A stretch of 64,000 bases of DNA from Klebsormidium nitens (lineage: Eukaryota > Plantae > Klebsormidiophyceae): assembly GCA_000708835.1 (NCBI GenBank), contig DF237070.1, positions 1 through 64,000 of the forward strand. Reading direction: 5' to 3'. Every line of letters starts with the position of its first letter. Position 1 is the first letter of the stretch. The position numbers and the translations under genes are program-made. Below, one piece after another: positions 1-10,490 of the stretch. Under the pieces are notes generated by a model. The model ran no database searches, was not told the origin of the DNA, and saw nothing but the letters and a program-made list of their open reading frames with translations.

Positions 1-630
1 AGTCACAAATTAATTACCTACGATTTGATATTTGGGCAACTCATTTTGGATTTTTTGAGAATCTGAACTTTTTACTGTAGAATATACACACGAGAACCAT
101 TTTTCCACCAGCCATAAATGATCAAAGATCAGATATTACATTTTTGATTCATTTTAAAATTTGGGCAGAATGAAAAAAAGAATAAAAATAATAAAATAGT
201 ATTGAAAATTTTGGGCAAAATCAAAAATAATTAATTGATGCCCAACCGGCGTGTTGGTGCTATGCATTTGCTGCATGGCAGTGCGGCACATTGATTGGTG
301 GTCCCGTTCTCGGCACAAGAACGGTGACGTCACAGGGTGTACGAACTTTTTCTGCGCGGTTGGTGTCTGAAAGCAGCCAGTGGACACTACCGGGCTTCTC
401 CCTGCCGCTATACCGGCCGCTGCTTTTGGCACCGGCTACGGCACTTAGGTCCTACCGAGTGGAAACTGCTCTTCTTGTGGCATCCGCGTCGCAAGAAGTG
501 ACGTCACAAGCAATCAAACACGGGATTGGGCCATGGGCCGTCCGTACGGTGTACCTCAACGAGCCTCGGCCGAGGCAACCGTCCATTGCCATCCTCGCGT
601 GGCGGCCGCCCTCGGGAGTCCGTCCGGAGT

Positions 631-745
631 CCTAGTAGGTACCTAGACTCGGTACCGTAGGTACTACTACCTACGGTAGTAACCTACCTATCCGATAGTA
701 CCGTGTGAGAATGGGTTGCGACTAGGTACCTAGGTACCCCGCTAG
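631..745. repeat. Low-complexity tract of GTAC/CTAG palindromes
   Basis: TAGGTACCTA 636-645, CGGTACCG 650-657, GGTACCTAGGTACC 725-738. Confidence 0.6.
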
Positions 746-1423
746 TTCCGTAGGGCCGGTACTCTTGGCGACTCGCTGCATCCGAGGATCTAATCTAGGA
801 ATGCCGTACTTCTCGGACAGCCACCGTACTTTCAATGCAAATCTCGAAGTTTGCGATGTCGCAGCGTGATTGCGCCGCCAATCGGAAGTCATGACATTGA
901 AAACTACCTACCATAGCTGCCGCGCATGAGGAGAATTTGAATCAGACCTATAGCTTGATCTGTGAGGGTGGAGGGTATAGTTACCGTAGATGCTTCTTCA
1001 AACTACCAGCATGTTAAGTGCACTCGGGCCAGCACCCCCACTGGGCCCCTCTTGCGGAGGTCTTGCGGCCTTTGCGTCATTACATGGATGAAGATGAGGT
1101 GCATTGGGACAATATGACCTTACAAGTTGTTGCATGTGGAAAGCCATCCAATGCGCGGCAAGGACACCATGCTTGCAAAGAGCATGCATATCAAAGATGA
1201 GACCAAGTCCGACTTCGTATTCTGCATCATTAAAAATGATACATAGAGAAAAGATGGAAATCAGACAGTGTTAGCGGCAATTCATCGAAGAGAATCTTGA
1301 TCCCACTGCATGCCAAGCCGGCCAGAACTCAAATCGTCTTTTCGGTGTCATACTCACAAGCTCCGTGACAGAGGCCGTCAACCCCAACGCTCCACTCAGC
1401 GGATTTCAGATCGACGTATCGAA

Positions 1424-4400
1424 TCATCTTTTTGCTCGTTTATTCCTCAGAGCGTCGAGCGCCTCCTCTCCGAGGGAGCCAATCGCCCCTGCGCCGGACC
1501 CGTCCGGTCGTTGCACCGCCTGCTGAAGTTGCTTCACCGTCTCCGCACTTATGCCCGACCCGGCCAGATACGTATGGTGCATCGCACGTGGCTGAAGGGG
1601 TTGCTTAACTAGAGCGCGGAGCTTTGCCTCAAGCGTTTTTGCGTCCCCGGGCGCGGGGGCCTTGTCATCGTCGATTCGGACCTTGCCCTTTTTGGACGTC
1701 CGGGATTGCGCCTCCAGCTCGTCCGCGTCTAGTTCGATGCCCAGCTCCTCGGCGTGCTTCTCGAGCCAGGTGCGCTTCGCTTTTGTCTGCGAAAACCCGT
1801 GTGCAGAATCAGAAAGTTGCTTCGAAAGCGTCTCGAGACTGGATGTGCTTCAGATTGTTCTACGTTGATCTGAAGAGATTTTGAAAAAGGTAGCAGGAAA
1901 GTGTGTCGGTCTTTGTCGGTCATTAAATCTTGAACGTGTAGCAAGTGCTAAGCAGGGGCCAGCCCGGCTATGAGGTGGTCTATGAAAGATCCGAAACGAA
2001 AGAGTCCCTTTTGTCTAGTCGGAGGTCCATTGGAAGCAGCTCCATTCAAGCGATACGCTGGGCTGTCGTTTACAAAAGCGCGGCTTTCAAGAACAGCTTT
2101 GTGCATGCGATGGCTGAACCGCAGCCCTCGCCCTTCGCTGAAAAGTGCCCCCTCTTTGAAAGAGTTTCCGTCTGCCCTCCGGTGCGTGCAATCAAAAGTC
2201 GAAATACTTTCCTCAAAGAGTTTCTAACCGCTCTTTGCAACCGCAGTCTCAATGTCAAATCAAACAAGTCCCGTTTTCCACACACGTTTCTAAAGGAAAC
2301 TTTCACAATAACCAAGACCAGCAAATCACACGGTCCGACCAACTCGGTTGCTGCAGCGAAGCGTCGCCTCACCCCCCAGCTTCACTTTTGCCAGCACCGC
2401 CGGCATGTACGTTTCGTTGAACGGGACTTCGAAGAAAATGGCGCGAACGTAGGACCCGAAATCCGTGGAAACCCAGAAATGTTGCAACAAAAACCGCCCC
2501 GCCTACTGCTGTTGCCGCAGCGAATCGTCGACCTTGATCGCAAGCTTCGATTATTCCATCTAAGCTCTTCAAACTCAAATCTCCGGACAAATAGGCGGCG
2601 CGCGAACCGCTTGACCTGACACCCGAAAAACTCTGAAAACCTCAAAAACTGAATCCCAAAATCCCAACGCTAACCCACCTGCTGCTGCTGCCGCAACGAA
2701 CCGTCGACCTTGATCGCCAGCTTCACTCGTTCCAGAACTGCCGGCATGTACGCTTGATTGACCGGGAAATCCGGAAGGCCGCTCTCCTTCCCGAGCGCCT
2801 TACACAGCGCGTTCAGCTTCGGACGCTCTGACGGCGACACGATTGCCACGCTCACGCCGTCCGTTGCTGCGCGGGCCGTCCGGCCGCTCCGATGGACGTA
2901 GATCTGCGGACGGGCACGGTGCTTGACACAAATGACTGAGCCAAATGCACTGACAAGTTAACCCATCAAGGAAGATGGTGTGATGTTTCGTCATTGAAAA
3001 GCTTTGGCTCTTTAGATTGCGAACGACGGCCGTAGGGAAGCAGTTCCTGAGAAGATGGTTCCCTCCTTTCAGCAGCTAGAATATCGGAGAAATTGGTTCC
3101 TTCATTTGGACCGTATTCTGGTTTAAAGTTCCTGAAGATCTATCAGAGCAGACAGCGGAATACGTTCATGATCAGAGCAGCTAGACGCCCGAACAGGTGA
3201 AGACTTTACACGAACATAGATCAACCGGAAAAGCTGCTGACTCTTCACCTGAGCTGCGGCTAACAACTGATAGTGGACCAAGAACTGCCACATTTTCGAG
3301 CGTCTCACCTCGGTTGACAGCGGCAGCTGGTAATGAATGACGCAGCGGATCCCCACAATGTCGAGCCCCCGCGCGGCCACGTCGGTTGCCACCAGCACGC
3401 CGTGCTCCTCTTTCTTGAAGCGGTCCATTGCCTTAAAGCGCTGCCGCTGCTGCATCTGGGCGTGGAGCGGCCACGACCGCACCTGTGATGACATAATGCA
3501 TCCGTCAGCAAAAGCGGCAACCCATCAAACTTTGAAACCGACAACGTTCCGGCGAGATCACGACCGGTCTGAAAGCGATTTATCGCTTGAACCGCTGCCG
3601 CTGCTGCATCTGAGCGTGGAGGGGCCACCACCGCACCTGTGGACGAGACTACGATTGTCCGAAAAGGCGACCTGGAAGGCGACATGTAATGTTCGATCGA
3701 ATTTTTGATCCATGTCGATTTGTTGTTTTGGTCGATTGTGATCTATTTGATCAACTTGCAAGCAAAAGGTTTCGCGGCCAGATCGCCCAGATTTCAAAAC
3801 GGTCCATGGCACCGTATCGTTGCGGCTGCTGCATCTGACCACGACCGCACCTGTCACGACCAGAAACCTTCCGATCCATTTTTGATGCGAATTCACTTTG
3901 CGAGACTTGTACGAAAAAAATTGTGCCATTTACCTACAGGGGCCACAGTTACTGGAAATGGTCCGAATGGCCTTCATCCGAAGCATCTGGGCGGGACCGT
4001 TCACTTGGGGACTGCGCGTTGAGCGCGAGCAGAGCTTTACTACATCAATCGTCGGAAGTACGCTGAGCAGTTCGTTTTCACCAATGCTTGAAATATTCGA
4101 TATCGAGAAGCCGGATCGTGATCCGTGTCGTCCGACGCAGTTTAACGTTGTGAGTGACTTTCTCGCTGCACCACCCGGGCGGGTTTTTCCCTGCGTGAGT
4201 ATCTGTGCGGCGCAGCTGGTTTGAAACTTTGGATTCTCCGGTCTTCAGCCGTCTTCTAGAGCTGTCTTCTAGAACCTCAGGGAAAGCTCGCAACCCACGG
4301 GCTTGAGTCTCTTCAACGTTGGACCCTGACCGAGTCTTGGAGCTATTCCGGGAGAGCAGCCCACCGATGAAGGAACGCCCAAGCAGATCGGAACACAACG

Positions 4401-7400
4401 GACCGGAACGGAAAGGATTCTCGAGCCTCATTACCTGGAGGAGCTGCAGGAGCGCCGCGATGCGACGGACGGCGGAGATTGCGGTGCAGAAGACGATCGT
4501 ACGGCTGGGATGCATCTTCAGCAGATAGTACAGGTACGCGTCCTTTTCGGTCTCCAGGCACTCGATCGCGGCTTCCTCTAACTTGGCGGCGACAATGGAG
4601 GCGCGGGTCAGGTCTACAATCGCGGCTCGGCGACTGAGCCCTGGAAACCAGAAAGGGGGTGAAAGCCTGAGCATCAGTAAGACATCATCGGTGTGGCCTG
4701 GAAAATAGCTCAGTGAGTGAGGAGGTAGAAGGGGGAAAAAAAAGGAAGGAAACTCTAGAAGCAAAGCCACAACTGTGGGATTTTGACAATTACGGCGTCA
4801 GAGACAAATCACAATCTCAATGACGCCGCAGGTTGGAGTCGAGAAGAGGTGCAAAGATGATGGGATGGGATTTGCCGCATAAGTGGACGATAAAGGAGAA
4901 AGAAAGGAAGCAACACCTAGAAGGCGAGAGGGCGTTGGTAGGAACGCTAAGAAGACACCAGCGCGCTCAACTAGCTCTGAAAGCTGCCTCTTTCTCTTTG
5001 CTTATGCCTTCAATCTGGAGCAAACAACGATTCTTTATAGATCCTTCAGAGCAGACAAGGGAAAGTAAAGTAAAATAAAGAGTGTACAGAACCGGAGAAA
5101 TGCGGGTGTACAACGAGAGGCTATAGGGCAGCTACGAACAAGCACACAACCTCGGAGAGCGTACTACAGAGAAGAGAGAGGAGGAGAAATTGGGAAACAG
5201 AGGGAAGAAGAAAGAGGAAGCAAAACCCGGAAGAGAAAGCAGAAAAGCGCACCCGCTCGCTCAATCAGCGCCGCGACTTGCCCCTGTTCCCGCCGCATCG
5301 GCGCCTTCCCCGCGCCTTTCAGCTTCTTCTTCAGCGAGGGGGGCACCATGAGCGTCGCCGAGAACACGAACGTCTGGCGTTGCGCCACGTGTTTCGTCTG
5401 GGGCGTTTCGGCGACCGTGTCCTCTTCCGGGGGGTCGGACTCGGCTGGCGGGGCGCCCCCCTGCTTCGGGAGCGTGTCGATGATGGACTGGAGCTCCTTG
5501 AAATGGCCCTTCTCGACCATACGGTCCGCTTCGTCGAGGACGAAGAAGCGGAGATCGTCCACCTGTAAGAGAAACCTCTCAGTCCGTTTTCTTGGTTTTA
5601 AGATAAATCTTTGGGTAAATCTTTGAGTATACAAAGTCTTACCAATGCTGTCGCCACTGCAGGCATTCTGTTCCTCTATCCAAAAGATCCGCTGATTTGT
5701 GTGCGACTGCCTTCCTACGTTTCCACTGCCACTCTAAACTCCAAACAGATATGCCTTTAGACTGAGATGAGGGTTGGTACGACTCCTATCAGCACTGGGG
5801 TATTGGATCGACACGTCACAAATTGGTGACCACAACGGATCGCAATAAGATGGTTACCTGTAAGAGATGCTGCTCCCCCTCGCTTATGAGCTCCCATAAG
5901 CGCCCGGGCGTCCCGACCACGACCGCCGGCCGCGAGCGGAGCAGTCGCTGCTGCTTAGGCACAGCCATACCGCCGACAATCGCGACGATCCGAATAGAAG
6001 TCTCCTGGGCCGCGGCTTTCAGATGGCTGCAAACCTGCGCAAGGTGAGGAAAAGAAGTTGGGTCACCATATCGCTGCAAATCTGCGGAGTTTTCGAGACG
6101 GATTCCGAGATGGTTACAGAAAAGTCGCGGCGCCGGATGGGTGCAAAGCTCCGCAGGGTAAGGAGAAGGTTAGGAGACCGTTGCGGCACCAGATGGCTGA
6201 CAATCTGCGGCGGTTTCGAGATGGTTGAAAGAGACTCGGAGCACCAAATCAGATGACAGCAAACCAAGGAGGTGCCGAGAAGGTAAGGGTTAAGCTGGGG
6301 CAAATAGGAGGTGTCATTCTTTCTTTGTTCTTTTTTGCCCTGTTAATGTTTGCTTTCAGGGTTTATCCAACCCGTCCAGATACGACCTGGGTTGATCACT
6401 TCCGGGCTGTGAGGCCCAAAGTGTCCAGGTCATCAAAGAGCCGGACTCGGTGCGTTTTGCCTTGGAGGATTCGACTTAAGATGATAGCATCCATGTCACG
6501 CCGCAGGCTTTCCGCCCTCCGCTCGCGCAATGAATGTTTTCGATAGTTAACGGATTGTCGGCACGCCCCCACTTCTAGAAAGAAAAGTAGCGAGGGTGGT
6601 CTTCTCGTCGCAAAAGCTTGCTCCTGCGCTCCCCTTACCTGCAGCGCCAGCTCCCTCGTCGGCGTCATGATCAGCGCCCTCAGGGGACTTCCGCGCTTCT
6701 TCCCGTCCGCATCCGGACCATTCCGCTTCCGCTGGGCGCGATCCGCTTCCGCTAGCTTCCGTTCCTTTTCCTCGATCTGCAACAGTCGGTGCAGGATCGG
6801 CAGCCCGAAGGCGAGCGTCTTGCCGGAGCCCGTCTCAGCGGCACCCACGAGGTCCTGAGGAGGCGCAAAGCGGCTTCTTTTTAGGAACGAAAGAGATCGA
6901 AGCACTTCAAAGGTCTGACTGCTTGGCAGTCCGAACGCGAGCGTTCTGCGGGAGACCGCCTCGGCTGCGCCGACGAGATCCTGACTTAAAAGGCGCAACC
7001 AGGATTGGAATTCTCCCAGAACGTCCGTTACGAATACGAGAATCATATTGTTCGAAGGTCTGACATCCGATCCGGAATCGAGAGTCTTGCCGAAGCCCGT
7101 CTCAGCGGCACCCATGCGGTCCTGAAAAAGCGCAATCAGGCTTGCTGTGTTTTGGAAGTTCGGTTTAGGACCCTGACTAGTCGTACAAAGGTCTGACTGA
7201 TCGGCAGCCATAACACTACCATCTTGCCGGAGCTTGTCTCAGCCGCTCCCACAAGGTCCGAAGAGAGCGAGGGGAAAGGTCCATGACTTCCAAATCGAAG
7301 AGCGGAACTGCCACACCGTCAGACATTCTGTAGCATCCCGGACGTCCAAAAATTCAGGTGATTCGACGTTCTCCCGAGAAATCTGGTTGTACGGGCCAGC

Positions 7401-9978
7401 ATCTTGCTCCAGCTGGCGTCAGTGAAGATTGAAACTTGCCAGATATCCACTTTTCAAAAGAAAGCCGGACTAACTTGTCGAATAGCACCTCCGCACCCTC
7501 GGAGGAAGGGAGGTGCCTCAAAGTCACAAGTTGGTAATAGCTTCCAGGTTCCGAAACGCCCCGAAGCAAGCATCTTGCCAGACCCCGTGTTGGTCACACA
7601 CAAACAGCTCTGGAGGAAATCAACAGTGGCGAATCAAGGTCGGTTGCTTCCTCCTGCTAGATTCACAAATTTCAGGAAGCGCGACCTTTCATAATAGCAT
7701 CCACCAGAATACTTCAAAACACGCAAAAGATCCTAGCATCAGGCACCAAAACCCTTGTGACACCTCGCGCAAATCCCCTCGAATCTTCCGTCACGTCAGG
7801 ATCTCAAGAAAACGAGGCCGAATCGACATGGGACCCCAAACGCTCTACTTTCAAAAGGCAGCCTGCAAAACCCGACCCCCAAAACCTTCCAGCCTGGAAC
7901 CCAAAACCCCGCCTCTCACCTTCCCCTGTGTCAGTGCTGCCGGTATGCACTGCTTCTGGATCTCCGTCGGCTGCGAAAAGCCCAGCTTTGCCAGCCCCTT
8001 GAGCAACAGCGGATGCAGCCCAAACTCTTCCCATGCCGAGACATCGCACTCCGGAGTCCCCGCTGCCCCCCCGCTGCCTCTCCGCTCCTCTCCAATCTCC
8101 TCTTCCTCTTCTTCCCCTTCGTTTCCTGGACCGTCATCAGCCCCCGTTTCGAGTATCTTCCGCTTCTTCTTCTGAACCTTTTCGTCAGTTTCCAACCCCC
8201 CATTCTTGCTCTGCTGGTTTGCAGTGCCTTCCCCTCGCTGAGAAACCGTCCCCTCCGGCTTTTTTGCCGACCCTTTCTTGCCCGACGGTCCCACGAGTCG
8301 GGGGCCACTAGCTGTCTGCCCCTCCGTATCCTCTTCAGGTTTCGTACCCGTTGGTGCCGCTACAGGGCCCCCATTTTCCCCTGCTTCTTTTCCCTTCGCC
8401 TTTTTCGCCTTTTCTCTTTTGCTGAGCTTCGCCTCACGCGGAGCGCTCTTCTCTTCTTCAACCTTCGCCTCACCACCCGTCATTGCACCGTCCAATCCTG
8501 ACGCGCCACCTGGCGCCTCACCAGCATCCGCCTCCATTCCTGCGCTCTCAAGATCTTCCGCCCCCCCTTCTTCCACCATCTCTACCGTCTCTGTTTTTAC
8601 CCCCCTGAAAAGTCCAGGGTCCAGCTTCGATCCCGCCCTCTGCTGCTCCAACCGCTGCCGTCTCTTCTCTTTCTTCCGCTTCTTGATCTCCGAACTCGTC
8701 ATCTTCTTTGCCTTTGGCTTCTGAGCCTTCTCAGACTTGACAGAGGCCGCAACACTCCCCAATCCGTTTTCTTTCGCCGCAGCCCCTGACACAGGCTTGC
8801 TCGCCTTCTCCATTGCGTCCCCCTTTTTGTCTTTCCCCTTCCCCTTCCCATCCGTTGCTTCTTTGGTCCCGTCCATGCCTGCCTTCCCCGTCTTTCCCCC
8901 CAGCTTTGCCGCTGCTTTGGCTGGAGCGAAGTTCTTTCCGGGAGCGCTTTCAGTATCCTCCGGAGCATTTTCTACGCTGGCTGCAGCCACATCAAGCTTG
9001 GCTCCCTTCTTCTTCTTGGCAGCTTTCTCAGTCACCACCCCCTTTGCCCCCACAGCGCTCTCGAGAGCCTCCTCCGCTTTCCTTTTCTTTCCATCCTTTG
9101 GTGTGCCCTTCTTTGCACCCCCCACATAATTGTCAAAAATCTCCCCGTCGATTTCTTCCAGGCCCATGAAGCCTGCAGTACAAAAAGGGGGTTCAGAGAA
9201 ATATCAGAAAGAGTCGCTTCCTCTGATGCAAAAAGCAACCTTCCGTACACGAATTGGTCTGGGCAATATCCCGACAAGCATTCTAACCGACTCTCACTCA
9301 ATCTATTGAGTTGAACCGAGAATATCCAACTTGTGTTAGGCAGACTGTCGCGGAAGCAGCGCTAGCTACTCAATGACCATTGATCGAGTGGGTGCGATTG
9401 AACCATTTCAAGACTTTTTACCACCATTTTGCAATTGCTGCAGACGCGTACCACCTGTACTCATTGACTGTTCAAAAGACCCATCGGCATGCACGTCTTG
9501 CACCACTGAGGATCCATGGGTTTCTTGCGTGATTTTTTGATGGATGGATCGAAACCCTCTCAGTAAATCTTTTGTGGCAGCAACAACTTGATTCCCTAAA
9601 AGAATTTTGGAAACGGCACTTTCCTTGACCACCAATTCACAAGGATATATTTTGAATCAACTTTTAGGTATTGGAAATATCAACAAGTCAAAAGCGCTGC
9701 TTCTCCAAGTCACAAACGATGTACTTCTACACATATTCTGGTAATGGTCCCACTACATCGCCAACCCAGAAAGTCGCCCCACCTCCTTCCTCCGCGCCCG
9801 TGAGGAACTCATCGAAGCTGGCGGGAGACGCATCATGCCAGTCTAGTTGTTCCACCCATCCCGCAGTCTTGGGCTTCTTCACCTGCTGTCCCCAGATGAC
9901 ACCTTTGGTGCCCTCCTGCGGCGGCTCGGCCGCATCGGCTTCAGGCGCCTCCGTCGGCTTAGTTTTCTTACGCGCCAT
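1424..9978 (-). CDS. DDX24: DEAD-box ATP-dependent RNA helicase, DDX24/MAK5 (plant RH13) family, ~1039 aa, 9 exons
   Basis: Manual GT-AG exon chain with consistent phases: 9783-9978, 7920-9172, 6639-6854, 5858-6034, 5253-5562, 4435-4640, 3309-3482, 2679-2903, 1424-1786 (3120 nt, ends TGA). Motifs: Q motif (FSQPTEIQ), Walker [59 protein letters not shown]. The N-terminal GFMGLEEID and C-terminal PLQP..YLAG segments resemble DDX24-type proteins as I recall them. Confidence 0.93.
2347..2560 (-). repeat. Two decayed copies of the 3' end and donor of DDX24 exon 2679-2903
   Basis: gccgcagcgaatcgtcgaccttgatcgcaagcttc (~2514) and gctgcagcgaagcgtcg...cagcttcac...ccggcatgtacg (~2350) vs exon gccgcaacgaaccgtcgaccttgatcgccagcttcac...ccggcatgtacg (~2690). 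Confidence 0.85.
3586..3855 (-). repeat. Two copies of the acceptor and 5' end of DDX24 exon 3309-3482
   Basis: cag|GTGCGGT..TGG starts at 3636 and 3850. The first copy matches 17 codons with 5 differences. Confidence 0.9.
6060..6300 (-). repeat. Degenerate tandem copies of the acceptor region of DDX24 exon 5858-6034
   Basis: agatggctgcaaacctgcgcaaggtgagg (6021) recurs as ggatgggtgcaaagctccgcagggtaagg (~6136), agatggctgacaatctgcgg (~6191) and agatgacagcaaacc (~6251). Confidence 0.7.
6925..7600 (-). repeat. Tandem array of decayed copies of the acceptor and Walker-A-coding exon start of DDX24
   Basis: Echo starts at 6980 ([19 protein letters not shown]), 7121 ([14 protein letters not shown]), 7258 ([13 protein letters not shown]) and ~7590 (TGSGKMLA) vs the true exon at 6854 ([19 protein letters not shown]). 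Confidence 0.9.
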
Positions 9979-10124
9979 CTTGAAAAGCGAGCTCCTAATG
10001 AATGAGAAAAGAGCAAAGAATGCCAACAAGTTCTCCTTGCAACAATGCCCTCCTTGCAACAATGCAAGTCTGCTTTGTTGCAAATCCAGGCTGCAAATCC
10101 AGGCTCTAGCTGTAGTAGGGGGAA

Positions 10125-10134
10125 TTAGGGTTTT
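10125..10134 (-). promoter_or_regulatory. Telo-box-like element (AAAACCCTAA) upstream of the DDX24 start
   Basis: Exact AAACCCTAA ~150 bp 5' of the ATG of a ribosome-biogenesis helicase. Telo-boxes are established in such promoters in land plants. Function here is inferred. Confidence 0.35.
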
Positions 10135-10490
10135 GCAGCCCTCTCGAGGGGCGAAAAAGAGCACCCCTAAACACGAACACGGGTTGACCAAACCGTATGT
10201 AGACCATCGAAACATAGCTTTCAAATTCAGGTGTGAAAAGAAATGGCCGCTTTCGATTCGACAATCGCGGGTTTCGCTAGTCGCAAGGAACAAACCTTGC
10301 TCCAGCACAACTTCCGTTGAACAAGTTCAAGCGCAGGAAGAAGCTTCCCAGAATCCCACCTTCAAAATTCCAGAGAGGAACAGCTCACATTTGCCAATCG
10401 CAGACGTGCTTGAATTGCTTGTTTATGTCTTGATTTCAGTGAATTGAAGCAGATTAGCTTGGCAGTTCTTCCACTAATGCCCCAGCATTC

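Noticed and set aside
960-1200. Short ORFs, one frame containing IVTVDASSNY (faint RNase H/transposase-like)
   Set aside because: A single short motif flanked by stops, with no other catalytic residues or element structure.
1945-2619. 224-aa plus-strand ORF
   Set aside because: Lies antisense inside the last DDX24 intron, overlaps echo repeats and has no recognisable motif.
8013-9169. Several long plus-strand ORFs (118-162 aa)
   Set aside because: Antisense shadows of the K/E/A/G-rich DDX24 exon 7920-9172; low-complexity F/S/P/L translation with no domain motifs.
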